DNA of 64,000 bases from Spirochaetia bacterium (GCA_965203905.1 CBDBDQ010000005.1:3168001-3232000), one strand, 5' to 3'. Positions 29,999 to 40,156 are shown, numbered from the stretch's first letter. The notes: a model not told the origin generated them from the letters alone. Numbers and translations: made by a program.

Positions 29999-31024
29999 GT
30001 GAACGAACAAAATCCGGTCGGACGCGGCAGACCCCGCCGTGAGGACGTGTACCGGCGGGTCCAGACCCAGATCGGAGAGCTGCGGGAGCGCATGGGCGGA
30101 CTGCCGACCCCGGCGGAGGCCGACGGGATCTGGCGCGGCATCTGGTACGAGGAAGTTCATCACTCCACGGCCATCGAAGGCAATACACTGGTCCTGAAAC
30201 AGGTCGAGCGGCTTCTCGACGAGGGCAGGGCGGTCGGCAACAAGGAGTTGCGCGAGTACCTGGAGGTGCGCGGATACGCCGATGCCGCGGACTGGGTGTA
30301 CCGGCAGGCGATCAGTCGTAGCGGGCTCTCACATCCCGGGGAGATCCTGACACTGGCCGAGATCCGTCACGTCCACCACCAGGCAATGCAGCCCGTATGG
30401 CAAGTGGCTCCACATCCGGATGCGACACCGCGCGAAGCACCCGGCAGCTTCCGGGAACATGACATCCATCCCTTCTCCGGCGGCATGGTTCCGGTGTCAT
30501 GGCCACTCGTATCGGCAGAGATGAGCACTTGGGTCGCCAGCGCCAACTCCCTGGATTTGGCCCATCCGGTGTTCCCCGAGGCGCTGGCCGAGATCCACTG
30601 CCGATTCGAACAGATTCATCCCTTTCTCGATGGCAACGGACGAGCCGGAAGACTGATCCTCAACCTCATTCTCGTTCGGCTGGGCTGTCCGCCCGCCATC
30701 ATTTACAAGCGAGACCGGACGCGGTATCTGCGTGCGCTGCAGCGAGCGGATGCCGGCGATCCCAGCTTGCTCGGGGAGATTCTCGCGCGCGCGATTCTCG
30801 CCAGCCTGCACCGGTTCGTGATTCCTGCCGTAGCTGGTCCGGCCCGGCTGGTCCCCCTGGCCGCACTGGAGACTCCTGACCTGAAGGGACCGGCACTGCG
30901 GGCCGCGGCTGCGCGCGGCCGTCTCCGCGCAACTCGTGGTTCCGACGGCCAATGGCGCAGTACGCGCCTGTGGGTGGACCAATACCGGGCGAGCCGCTAC
31001 CGGCGTGGCGGTGTCGCCGAATGA
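29999..31024 (+). CDS. Fic family protein (class II) with a C-terminal HTH-like extension
   Basis: HPFLDGNGRAGR catalytic motif and STAIEGN inhibitory helix. Confidence 0.93.
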   Translation: MNEQNPVGRGRPRREDVYRRVQTQIGELRERMGGLPTPAEADGIWRGIWYEEVHHSTAIEGNTLVLKQVERLLDEGRAVGNKELREYLEVRGYADAADWVYRQAISRSGLSHPGEILTLAEIRHVHHQAMQPVWQVAPHPDATPREAPGSFREHDIHPFSGGMVPVSWPLVSAEMSTWVASANSLDLAHPVFPEALAEIHCRFEQIHPFLDGNGRAGRLILNLILVRLGCPPAIIYKRDRTRYLRALQRADAGDPSLLGEILARAILASLHRFVIPAVAGPARLVPLAALETPDLKGPALRAAAARGRLRATRGSDGQWRSTRLWVDQYRASRYRRGGVAE

Positions 31025-31072
31025 CGACGTAGAGAGGAAGCGAGCAGGCCGTTCCGGTGACGCGAGGACGCC

Positions 31073-31711
31073 CTATGGCCCGGCCGGGGCGTCGAAGATT
31101 GCACTCACTTCGGCGGCGAATCCGGTGAGCAGCACGGAAGTCGCCGTGTCACCGTGCCGGTACACGCCGTGCTCGACGTAGGCGGCGCCGCGCAGCGACA
31201 GCACGCGAACCGTCTCGTCGCGCGGGTCGGCGATCCAGTACTCGGGGATGCCGGCCTCCGCGTAGTCGGCGCGTTTCTCCACCAGGTCGCGGTCGGGGTT
31301 GTCCGGGCTCACCACCTCGACCACCAGGTCGGCGCCCTCCCAGAAGCGGTCCTGACAGCGGCGGTCGGTACGGTCGCGCAGCAGCAACAGGTCGGGCTCG
31401 CGGAACTTGCCGGGGCGTACGCGCAGGCGCAGCGCGGCGAATATCACCACGCCCCCCCGCGGCTTGAGGTAGGCGCGGAACAGGTCATAGAGAAACGCGA
31501 GCACCGATTGGTGCGTGAAGGTGGGCATCGGCAGTTCCTCTACGTAGCCGTCGGTGAACTCGATCAGGCGATTGCTGCTATCGGTGAGCCACAGGTAGGA
31601 ATCGTCGCTCCAAGCGCCCTGTGGCGGCAACAGGTCGCACAGCAGCGCGTTCAGTGCCTCCTGGGAGGTCGCCGCCGACGGCGCAGGTGCGGATCGGGTG
31701 GTCACGCTCAT
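31073..31711 (-). CDS. Uma2 family endonuclease
   Basis: REPDLL, DLVVEVVSP, KRADYAEAGIPEYWIADP. Confidence 0.93.
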   Translation of the reverse strand: MSVTTRSAPAPSAATSQEALNALLCDLLPPQGAWSDDSYLWLTDSSNRLIEFTDGYVEELPMPTFTHQSVLAFLYDLFRAYLKPRGGVVIFAALRLRVRPGKFREPDLLLLRDRTDRRCQDRFWEGADLVVEVVSPDNPDRDLVEKRADYAEAGIPEYWIADPRDETVRVLSLRGAAYVEHGVYRHGDTATSVLLTGFAAEVSAIFDAPAGP

Positions 31712-31894
31712 GTCTGGTCCTCGACTGAGTCAAGCGTGCCGCGATCGCGCCGGTCGGTCAACCGGCGGGCCAGAAACACGACGCGACACAAGAGTGCGGC
31801 CGCGGAACAGCGCAGTCCACTCATTGGGCGCATGCATGCGGGGACAGCGCGTCCCGATACCCGCTACGGGTGGCTGCACCGGCCGGCGGCAGGG

Positions 31895-33094
31895 TCAGGA
31901 CGCGGACTCGTGCACGCGGCGGACGGCCGCGACCATCAGCAGCGACACCGCGGCCAGGCCGAGCAGCCCGGGGGCCAGGCCGCCGGCCAGGTCGCGCACC
32001 ACGCCGAGCAGCGCCGGCCCACCGAAGCCGCCGATCTCCGCCGCCGCGAACAGCAGACCGGCCCCGACGCCGAGGTGGCGGGCGCCGACGCCCGGCTGCT
32101 CCATCAGCAGCAGCATCATCAGCGGCAGCATGGGAGCCCGGGCCATGGCCGTGACCACCGTCGCCGTCACCAGCGGTCCGGCGTGCAGCAGCGTCATGCC
32201 GGCCAGTCCCACGGCGCCCGCCAGCAGCAGCGCCGTCAGTGCGACCCGCCGGCCGCCGGTGCGGGTCAGTCCCGGAACCACCAGCGCGGTCAGCAGGCCG
32301 CACAAAGTGCCGGCGGCGGTCCACCTGCCGGCTGCGGCCAGGTCGAAGCCGGCGTCCTCCAGGAACGTGGGCTGCCACGCGTTCAGGCCGTGGTTGACGA
32401 CGAACGAGCCCACCGCCAGCACCAGCAGCAGGCGCATGTTGCGGTCGCGCAGCAACACCAGCCAGGTCCCGCGCGGCCGTGCCGGTGGGGCCGGCCGTTC
32501 TCGCGACGGGCCGGCGTCCGTCCGGTCGCGGTAGCCGAGGGTCCACAGCAGCAGGGCGCCGGCTCCGGCAACGGTGAACGCCAGCAGCACGAGGCGCCAC
32601 GATCCGACCAGGGGCAGCAGGACTCCTGCGGCGGTGGCCAGCACCACCACCCCGCCGATGGTAGGGCCGGTGGTGTAGAGGCCCGCGGCACGGCCGCGCT
32701 CCTGCGGCGGAAACCACTCGGCCACGATCTTGGGCACCCCGATCGACACCACCGGGCCCCCGACGCCGAACAGCGCCACCGCGGCGAACAGGGTCCAGAA
32801 CGAGGTGGCCGCCGCGCGCAGCGCCAGCGAAAGGATGATCACCACCAGCGCCAGGGCCACGGCGCGGCGCACCCCCAGCCGGTCGACGGCGGCGCCGAGG
32901 GGCAGGGCGGTGAAGATGTAGACGAGCTGCCACACCCCCAGCACCAGCCCCATCTGCGCGCTGGTCAGGTTCAGGTCCCGCATCACCGGCGACACCAGGG
33001 GAGCCAGGGAGCCTGAGGCGATCCCGAACGCGAAGTACGCCAGCCAGCCCAGGGCCAGCATCCGCCACCGCAGCGCCGCGGAGGGGCGGCTCAC
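31895..33094 (-). CDS. MFS transporter (CynX-like)
   Basis: About 12 transmembrane segments, G..VDRLGVRR, WFP..ERG. Confidence 0.9.
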   Translation of the reverse strand: MSRPSAALRWRMLALGWLAYFAFGIASGSLAPLVSPVMRDLNLTSAQMGLVLGVWQLVYIFTALPLGAAVDRLGVRRAVALALVVIILSLALRAAATSFWTLFAAVALFGVGGPVVSIGVPKIVAEWFPPQERGRAAGLYTTGPTIGGVVVLATAAGVLLPLVGSWRLVLLAFTVAGAGALLLWTLGYRDRTDAGPSRERPAPPARPRGTWLVLLRDRNMRLLLVLAVGSFVVNHGLNAWQPTFLEDAGFDLAAAGRWTAAGTLCGLLTALVVPGLTRTGGRRVALTALLLAGAVGLAGMTLLHAGPLVTATVVTAMARAPMLPLMMLLLMEQPGVGARHLGVGAGLLFAAAEIGGFGGPALLGVVRDLAGGLAPGLLGLAAVSLLMVAAVRRVHESAS

Positions 33095-33129
33095 GCGGCG
33101 CCGGGACCGCAGCCGTCGATCACCGTAGC

Positions 33130-34635
33130 CTACATCGGCCCGATGCGGCGGGTGCCGACGTCCACGGCGCGCATCGAGGCGGCGTAGCTCTGCAGCAGCA
33201 GATCCGCCTTGAGCGCGCCATGCTCAGGGGAGTCCCACAGGTTGTCGAACTCGCCGGGATCCCGCTCCAGGTCGTACAGCTCGCCCAGACCGTGGCCGTG
33301 GTACACCACCAGCTTGTAACGGCGTTCCCGGTACATGGTGGCGCGGGTGGCGTCGGATGCGTCCAGGGCGTCGAAGTATTCGCACCACACCGCCTCACGG
33401 TGATGGTCGAGCGCAACGGCGCCGCTGCCGATCGGCAGCAACGAGCGGCCCTGCATCCACTCCGGCACCGGTGCGCCGGCGGCCTGCAGCAGCGTAGGCG
33501 CGAGGTCGGTGAGCTCCACCAGGGCGTCGCTGACCAGGCCGGCACGGATGGTGCCCGGCCAGGCCAGGATCAGCGGGACCCGCAGCAGTCCCTCGTAGAA
33601 GCGGCAGCCCTTCTGGATCAGCCCGTGGTCGCCGAGCATCTCGCCGTGGTCGCTGGTGAATATGACCAGCGTGTCGTCCGCCTGGCCGCTGTCGCGCAGC
33701 GCGTCCAGCATGCGCCCCACCTGGTCGTCGATCAGCTCGATCATGGCGTAGTAGGCCGCCTGCAGGGTGTGGGCGTCGCGCGCGGTGGCGTGCGGCGGCA
33801 GATGCGAGCGGCCCCCGGCCGGTGAGCCCGCCCCGGCGGAACCTTCCCGCCCCGGGGACTCCGGAATCACCGGGCTCTTGATGTCGAGGTCGTCCGGCGG
33901 CCGGCCCCTGGACTGGAAATCGATCGCCGCCAGCCGCTCCTGCTGCGCGAGGTCGCCGTCGCGAAACAGCGGACCCGGCATGGCCGCGGGATCGTAGCGG
34001 TCACGGTACTCCTGCGGCGGGTTGAACGGCGGGTGGGGATCGTAGATGTTCACGCACGCCAGCCACGGGGTGTCCGCGGCGCGCGGCTCGGTGATGAACT
34101 CGATGGTGCGCTCGGCGCACCAGGTGGTCTGGTGCAGCGGCGCCGGCACGCCGGCGGGATCCTTGATCAGCTCGCCGAGCACGAAGCCCTGCTGCCGCAC
34201 CCAGTCGGCGTAGTCGTGGCCCACCGGCCAGTCGTCGCGCGGGCCGTGGCTGTAGCGCCAGTAGCGGTAGCCGTCGTCGGTGCGCGCTTCGATGCGCCCG
34301 TAGGCGCTGGCCAGGTGCAGCTTGCCGATCAGCCCGCAGTCATAGCCGGCATCCGCCAGCAGCCGCGTCACCAGGGGAAAGCGCTCCACGAAGCGGTCGT
34401 TGCCGTTGCGCGTGTTGTGGCAGGTGCTGGGATAGGTGCCGGTCAGAAAGCTGGCCCGGCTGGGGGTGCAGATCGGGCTCTGGCAGTAGGCGTGGGTAAA
34501 CGCGGCACCGGAGCGCCACAACTGATCCAGGCGCGGGGTGCGGACGTGGCCGTTGCCCTGCGCGCCGAGCGTGTCGTAGCGCTGCTGGTCGGTGCAGATC
34601 CAGAGGATGTTGGGCCGCCGCCGCGAGCCGCTCAC
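33130..34635 (-). CDS. Sulfatase
   Basis: PNILWICTDQQR, CTPSRAS, GKLHL, SDHGEMLGDHG. Confidence 0.94.
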   Translation of the reverse strand: MSGSRRRPNILWICTDQQRYDTLGAQGNGHVRTPRLDQLWRSGAAFTHAYCQSPICTPSRASFLTGTYPSTCHNTRNGNDRFVERFPLVTRLLADAGYDCGLIGKLHLASAYGRIEARTDDGYRYWRYSHGPRDDWPVGHDYADWVRQQGFVLGELIKDPAGVPAPLHQTTWCAERTIEFITEPRAADTPWLACVNIYDPHPPFNPPQEYRDRYDPAAMPGPLFRDGDLAQQERLAAIDFQSRGRPPDDLDIKSPVIPESPGREGSAGAGSPAGGRSHLPPHATARDAHTLQAAYYAMIELIDDQVGRMLDALRDSGQADDTLVIFTSDHGEMLGDHGLIQKGCRFYEGLLRVPLILAWPGTIRAGLVSDALVELTDLAPTLLQAAGAPVPEWMQGRSLLPIGSGAVALDHHREAVWCEYFDALDASDATRATMYRERRYKLVVYHGHGLGELYDLERDPGEFDNLWDSPEHGALKADLLLQSYAASMRAVDVGTRRIGPM

Positions 34636-35681
34636 GCGCCGGGCACGGTCTCCACGGCTCCGATCTTCTCCAGTACCTTGTGCGCCTTCTCCACGGACTC
34701 GGCGTTGGGGCTGTTGGCGACCGCACGCTTGAGCGCGATGAGCGCGTGCTCGTCACCCTGCTCGGCCAGCTCCAGCGCCTCCGCGAACGCGACTTCGCCG
34801 AACCGCGTGTCCTGGTCGATCACCTCGAACTGCGAAGACCGCCAGTAATACTTCAGCGGGTCGTCCTTGGGCCAGTCCTCGTACACCTGCTCCCAGGTGA
34901 GGACGTCGACCAGGTGCGGCTTGAGCTGGTTCTCCGACACCGGCAGGCCGTCGAGCTGGTAGCGGTTGTCAAGCGAGACGCGCAGCCGGTCCTCGGTCAG
35001 GTTGGGCAGGGCGCCGTGCACCATCAGGCAGCCGAAGATCAGCGTGTCGCCGATCTCGAAGTCGCTGCAGCGCGGGATGCCGCGCTGCTCCGGGTCGGTC
35101 ACCTTCTGGCCGCCGGCGCCGAGCGAAAAGTGGTGATCCACCACCTTGCCAACCTTGTGCGAGCCCTCGACCACCGCCAGGGGGCCCAGCTCCAGCGGAC
35201 AGTCGCCCACCGGGGTCCACACGGAGATCACCTCGAGGTTGCTCTGGAAGTGGACGAAGTCCTGGTGGAACGGCGTGGTGTGCTCGGTGTACTTCGGGAA
35301 CCACAGGCGGGTGATCTTCATCGGGTGCGGCATCACCGGACCGTCGACGATCTGTCCCACCACGTCCACCACCTCCGGCCAGTGCCCGGAGGCGTGCATC
35401 GAGCGCAGCTTCTGTACGTGCGCGTAAACCTCGGAATACTCGCGGTTGCCCTCCGTGACCGCCTTGTCCGGGTCCACCCGCCCTTCTTCCAGCCTGCTGC
35501 CGGGGACGATCCAGTCGCTCGCCCGCTGCAGCGCCTCCAGGATGTCGAGACGAAGCTGCCGCAGCTTGTCGGGATCCTGGAACTTGCGCAGGAACAGGTA
35601 CCCCTCGTCTTCGAAACGCCGGCGCAACTCCGCCGGGTCGGCTAGCGCGTCATTGGAGACGCGAAATGGCTGCAGGTTCAT
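34632..35681 (-). CDS. Phytanoyl-CoA dioxygenase (PhyH) family protein
   Basis: HQD...H facial triad (TPFHQD, VHGALPN), RVSLDNRY. Confidence 0.9.
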   Translation of the reverse strand: MNLQPFRVSNDALADPAELRRRFEDEGYLFLRKFQDPDKLRQLRLDILEALQRASDWIVPGSRLEEGRVDPDKAVTEGNREYSEVYAHVQKLRSMHASGHWPEVVDVVGQIVDGPVMPHPMKITRLWFPKYTEHTTPFHQDFVHFQSNLEVISVWTPVGDCPLELGPLAVVEGSHKVGKVVDHHFSLGAGGQKVTDPEQRGIPRCSDFEIGDTLIFGCLMVHGALPNLTEDRLRVSLDNRYQLDGLPVSENQLKPHLVDVLTWEQVYEDWPKDDPLKYYWRSSQFEVIDQDTRFGEVAFAEALELAEQGDEHALIALKRAVANSPNAESVEKAHKVLEKIGAVETVPGA

Positions 35682-35744
35682 GACCCGGACACGATAGCCG
35701 CCCGCCGGGGCGTTGTGCAACGTTGTCCGCCAAGATCGCCAAAA

Positions 35745-36608
35745 TCACCCGCCGTCCGCGCCCGCCGCGCCCTCCGGAGACTCGGAGTCGCGGGCGATGC
35801 GGCTCAGGATCCCCTTGATGATGATGTCGAGTTGCGCGTTCTGCGAGTAGTCGGCGGGGGCCACGAAGTCGACGCGGCGGTCGGCGATCAGGCGGTGGAT
35901 CTTGTCCAGGTGCTCGGGGCTGGTGCGCGGGTCGTACACCGCGATGGCGCAGCCGCCCTTGTAGGTCACCATCTTCATCGCCGGCACGTCGGTGTCGCCG
36001 TCGCCGATGAAGATGATGCGGTTGAAGGGGATGGGTCGCTCCTGCTTGGCCATGTAGCGGTTCATCGCCGCGCTGTCCCAGTGGTTGTCGATGCCGCGGT
36101 TGATGCGGAACAGGTACTGGGTCTTGGTGGTGTAGTTGATCGCCACGCCGGGCCAGATCGCCTGGTCCTGCTCGTTGTAGATGAACTTGGAGGCGAACAC
36201 GTCGCGGAACTGGTCGACGATGGCGCAGCCGCGGATCATCTCCTCCACCCCCGACGAGATGATGTAGTGCTCCAGCGCCAGTCCGCAGGAGGCGGCATGG
36301 GCGTTCATGCGCCGGAACCACGACCTGTCGCGCAGGCCGGGAAACAGCTCCACGGTGGCGCCGTGCGCGCGCAGCGCCTGGCGGGTGATCGGGGTACCCC
36401 TCCCGGTCGATTTTTCCAGCATCAGGCGCAGGTAGGCGAGGATCTGGTCGGCGTCCTCGACGCGGGCGCGCGAGTTCGCCTCGTGCCAGAACGCGTCGTT
36501 GGACATCCCCAGGGCGGAGATGAAACCGTGCTCCTGCAGGTTGCCGGGAGCGAGGGTGCCGTCGAAGTCGTAGATCAGCGCCGTGCGCTGCAGCAGGTCG
36601 CGATTCAT
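35745..36608 (-). CDS. HAD family hydrolase
   Basis: YDFDGTL, IISSG, KTQYLFRIN, FIGDGDTD. Confidence 0.9.
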   Translation of the reverse strand: MNRDLLQRTALIYDFDGTLAPGNLQEHGFISALGMSNDAFWHEANSRARVEDADQILAYLRLMLEKSTGRGTPITRQALRAHGATVELFPGLRDRSWFRRMNAHAASCGLALEHYIISSGVEEMIRGCAIVDQFRDVFASKFIYNEQDQAIWPGVAINYTTKTQYLFRINRGIDNHWDSAAMNRYMAKQERPIPFNRIIFIGDGDTDVPAMKMVTYKGGCAIAVYDPRTSPEHLDKIHRLIADRRVDFVAPADYSQNAQLDIIIKGILSRIARDSESPEGAAGADGG

Positions 36609-36629
36609 GGCGCGCGTTCCCGCGTGCCG

Positions 36630-37616
36630 CTACACCGGGAACTCGAGTTGTTCGGCGCGGAAGACTTCGCTCACCGACTGGCGGTTGTGGATGCGGGCGA
36701 TGGCGTCGGCCAGCAGTGGTGCGATGGTCAGTACCCGCACCGTGCCGTCCAGGCGCTTCGATTCCGGCACCGGCACCGTGTTGGTGGTCACCACGGCGCG
36801 CACCGAGGGCCGGTTCAGGCGCGTCACCGCCTCTCCCACCAGCACCCCGTGGCTGATGCTGATGATGACGGGCTCCGAACCTGCCTCCACCAGGGTGTCG
36901 GCCTGCTGGTAGATCGAGCCGCTGGCGATCACGTCGTCGATCAGCACCGGCGTCTTGCCCACCACGTCGCCGACGATGTCCACCACCTCGACCTCCAGCC
37001 CGGCCACTCCCGAGCGCCGCTTGTGCACCACCACCATCGGCAGTTCCAGGATCATGGCGTACTTGTCGGCCATCTTGGCGCGGCCCACGTCGGCGGCCAC
37101 CACCACCGCGTTGCTCAGGTCGAAGCTGTCGCGCAGGTAGCGCGAGAGGGTGGTGACCGCGGTGAGATGGTCTACGGGGATGTCGAAGAAACCCTGGAGC
37201 TGCGGCGAGTGCAGGTCGATCGACACCACGCGGTCGGCTCCGGCGGTGGTCAGGAGGTTGGCCACCAGCTTGGCGGTAATCGGCTCGCGCCCGGTCGACT
37301 TGTGGTCCTGGCGCGCGTAGCCGAAGTAGGGGACCACCGCGGTGATGGTGGCGGCCGAGGCCCGGCGCAGCGCGTCGATCAGCACCAGCAACTCCATCAG
37401 GTTGTCGTTCACCGGCTGGCAGGTGGGCTGGATCACGTAGGCGTCCACGCCGCGCACGCTCTGCTCTATCTGGATGTGGAACTCGCCCTCGTGGAAGGTC
37501 TGGAAGCGCACCTCGCACAGGTCACGCCCCAGCAGGTCCGCCACCTCCCAGGCCAGCTCCGGGCTGGCGCGGCCGGAGAACAGCCGAAAGCGGTCGCTGA
37601 GGTCGGCGTCGATCAT
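36630..37616 (-). CDS. prs: Ribose-phosphate pyrophosphokinase
   Basis: NDNLMELL, PYFGYARQD, REPITAKLVAN, DLHSPQLQGFFD. Confidence 0.93.
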   Translation of the reverse strand: MIDADLSDRFRLFSGRASPELAWEVADLLGRDLCEVRFQTFHEGEFHIQIEQSVRGVDAYVIQPTCQPVNDNLMELLVLIDALRRASAATITAVVPYFGYARQDHKSTGREPITAKLVANLLTTAGADRVVSIDLHSPQLQGFFDIPVDHLTAVTTLSRYLRDSFDLSNAVVVAADVGRAKMADKYAMILELPMVVVHKRRSGVAGLEVEVVDIVGDVVGKTPVLIDDVIASGSIYQQADTLVEAGSEPVIISISHGVLVGEAVTRLNRPSVRAVVTTNTVPVPESKRLDGTVRVLTIAPLLADAIARIHNRQSVSEVFRAEQLEFPV

Positions 37617-37659
37617 GGCGCGTTGCGGATGGAGCGCGCTGCCGGGGGAGTTGAGTGGC

Positions 37660-37917
37660 TCAGGGACAGCAGGGGCAGCCGTTGGGCTGACAGGGAACGC
37701 TGGGAGCCGCCGCCGGAGCGGCCTCGGTACCGGCACTGCCAGCGCCGATCAGCGGCGCGGAAAACACCCGCTGCAGCGGCGTGTCGGCCGGCGTGTCGCC
37801 CACCTCGAGGTCGGCGGCATCACACAGCTCGCCCCAGGTCTGCAACATGGTGGTCATGCCGTGACTCACCTCGATGGTACGGCCGTTGGCCTCGCAATGA
37901 TAATCGTACGCCGGCAT
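37660..37917 (-). CDS. FmdB-like zinc-ribbon protein
   Basis: MPAYDYHCEANG, TWGELC, Cys-rich tail; GGAGAGGGAG RBS. Confidence 0.85.
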   Translation of the reverse strand: MPAYDYHCEANGRTIEVSHGMTTMLQTWGELCDAADLEVGDTPADTPLQRVFSAPLIGAGSAGTEAAPAAAPSVPCQPNGCPCCP

Positions 37918-38155
37918 CTCCCTCTCCTCGTACCTACAGCTAACGCCACCCGCTACCGGCGCGTCAACCCCGTGGCAGCACCGCCGCCACGGTAGTGGGT
38001 CCGCTGGACGGGCGCGGGAGCTGGCAGGTGGACGGGAAGTGCCGGCTTGGGCAGGTCCCGGCCCCACAGCGTCACCAGGATCCCGCCGGGTTAGGCTTTG
38101 GCGCTGCTCATCCACCGCAACCGGAGTTGCTCCGGATTGCTGGAGTCCGTATGGT

Positions 38156-38194
38156 TGTCACCTGTCGTCGCACTATAGGATGACAGTCGTGACA
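38156..38194. promoter_or_regulatory. Inverted repeat upstream of the DUF262-HEPN operon
   Basis: TGTCAC-CTGTC...GACAG-TC-GTGACA around TATAGGAT. Confidence 0.5.
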
Positions 38195-38227
38195 GTGAAT
38201 CCTGCCATGGCACAGAAGGAATACTGA

Positions 38228-39295
38228 ATGATTGAGAGTGGTGAAAAGGTATTTGACCCATCGGAAACAGAGGACGATGAGGAGTCCACATCTGTGCGCT
38301 ATACCATAACCAGCTACGGTGCAGACTATCCTGTCGACGGATTGGTCAAACGTCTCGACCGAGGTGATGTCTTTGTGCCGGAATTCCAGCGTCAGTTCGT
38401 GTGGACCCATGTTCAAGCCTCACGATTCATCGAATCATTACTGTTGGGTCTGCCCGTGCCCGGCATCTTTCTTTTCAAAGAGCCAGATACGCAAAAACTG
38501 GTTGTCGTCGACGGCCAGCAAAGGCTGACATCACTGCTGAATTTCTACCACGGGTCTATGGGAAACAAGAGATTCATCCTGAAGGGTGTGGACGAGTCGA
38601 TCAACGGGTTGACGTATGACACACTCGATGAAGAAAGCCGCAGAACGCTCGACGATTCGCTTCTTCATGCCACCGTGTTTCAACAGGATCAACCCGAAGG
38701 CGACCGAAGCAGCATCTACCGAGTATTCGAGCGGCTTAACACGGGCGGAACATCCTTGGCACCGCAGGAGATCAGATCGTGCGTGTATCGTGGGCCATTC
38801 AATGATCTCTTGCAGACGCTTAACGAGGTGGAGGACTGGCGCAGCATATACGGACCGGTCAGCTCCCGGCGCAAAGATCAGGAGCTCATTCTACGCTTCT
38901 TTGCATTGAAGGATGCTCTGAACACTTACTCCAAGCCGCTCAGGCAGTTCCTCAATGACTATATGGAGGAACATACTGAGCCAGACGATGGTTGGCTCGA
39001 ACAACATCGAGAGGTGTTCTTGCGTACTGTTTCGTATGCGGCCCATCATCTTCCCAGGGAGTCATTTCGACCCGAGAGGAGCCTCAACGTAGCCGTCACT
39101 GACGCAATCCTGATCGGGCTCTCCAAGCGAATAGAGCAGGGCGAAATCAAGAATCCTGACCAGCTCGGTAGCGCCGCGATAGAGCTGTCTAGGAGTAGGG
39201 CTTTTCGCGAGGCAACGGATCAAAGTACGACGGAAGCCGTGTCTATTGTGAGCAGGATTGGGCAAGCTACAGAGGCTTTCAATAGAGTTCGATGA
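38228..39295 (+). CDS. DUF262 (ParB/Srx-fold NTPase) domain protein
   Basis: PEFQRQFVW, FIESLLLGLP, VVDGQQRLT, FERLNTGG; no C-terminal HNH motif seen. Confidence 0.92.
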   Translation: MIESGEKVFDPSETEDDEESTSVRYTITSYGADYPVDGLVKRLDRGDVFVPEFQRQFVWTHVQASRFIESLLLGLPVPGIFLFKEPDTQKLVVVDGQQRLTSLLNFYHGSMGNKRFILKGVDESINGLTYDTLDEESRRTLDDSLLHATVFQQDQPEGDRSSIYRVFERLNTGGTSLAPQEIRSCVYRGPFNDLLQTLNEVEDWRSIYGPVSSRRKDQELILRFFALKDALNTYSKPLRQFLNDYMEEHTEPDDGWLEQHREVFLRTVSYAAHHLPRESFRPERSLNVAVTDAILIGLSKRIEQGEIKNPDQLGSAAIELSRSRAFREATDQSTTEAVSIVSRIGQATEAFNRVR

Positions 39296-39759
39296 GTCTT
39301 CATGGCGATCGCCAGAGGGTCGAGCACCAGATTCGCTCCATGCTCGACTACGCTGCAACCGTGCGGGATGATGTGCAGGGAGCATTGGCTCGCCATACTT
39401 GTGTCCTCGTCAGTACCTATGTTGAAGTAGCGGTGCGGGAGTTGGTGCTTCGTTTCATTCGAGCGCGATCTGACGACCGAGTCATGAGGTTCTGCGAGGC
39501 CTCTTTGCGGTCGTTCCGTGATCCGAACATGGAGAAGGTTTTCCAGCTCGTGGGCCGGTTTGGAGGTGACTTGCGAGAGAGGTTGGAGACGGTAGTTCAG
39601 GATGAGCAGAAGGATCATATCGATAGCGTGTACGGAAACAGAAACCAAATTGTTCACAGAGGTCGGTCGGAGATAAGCCTTGCCCGGGTAAAGGAGTATT
39701 TTGGTAGCGCACGCGTAGTCATACAAACTGTTCAGGAGTTGCTGCTGTCGGGAGGTTGA
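39292..39759 (+). CDS. HEPN domain protein (RiboL-PSP/MAE_28990-like), predicted RNase
   Basis: N-terminal STYVE and Rx4H motif RNQIVH; ATGA overlap with the DUF262 gene. Confidence 0.85.
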   Translation: MSLHGDRQRVEHQIRSMLDYAATVRDDVQGALARHTCVLVSTYVEVAVRELVLRFIRARSDDRVMRFCEASLRSFRDPNMEKVFQLVGRFGGDLRERLETVVQDEQKDHIDSVYGNRNQIVHRGRSEISLARVKEYFGSARVVIQTVQELLLSGG

Positions 39760-40156
39760 CTGTTTATAGTTGTACGCACATGCGCCAACTCTACGGCGCT
39801 GTTCGACCTTGCTGCATAGCACATCAGGTGGTCTCAACCCACAGCGATTGCAGGAGTGCGCGGCGGACATAAAATAAGCACCAAGCCAAGATCGACTTTG
39901 CGCACAACAGATTGGCGTACATTTCGGAGGTTTTGGCGTTACATCTTCGTGATCGATCACGCCGTAGGCGATACGGCGGCCGGTTCTCCCGATCCGCTGG
40001 ATAGGTTGATCATGCCGGCTGTGAGCCAAGTCGACGCCTCGCGTCGTCGGTTCCGGTCGGATCCCGCGCTAGTGCACTGCGGAGGCGGGGGTGACGCTCG
40101 GGCGCCCATCAAGGACGATGCGGGGGGACGGTTATCTTGCGTGCTCGCTCAGCTCG

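Noticed and set aside
38228-39295. GmrSD type IV restriction enzyme
   Set aside because: No DUF1524/HNH motif in this ORF or the next; the partner is HEPN.
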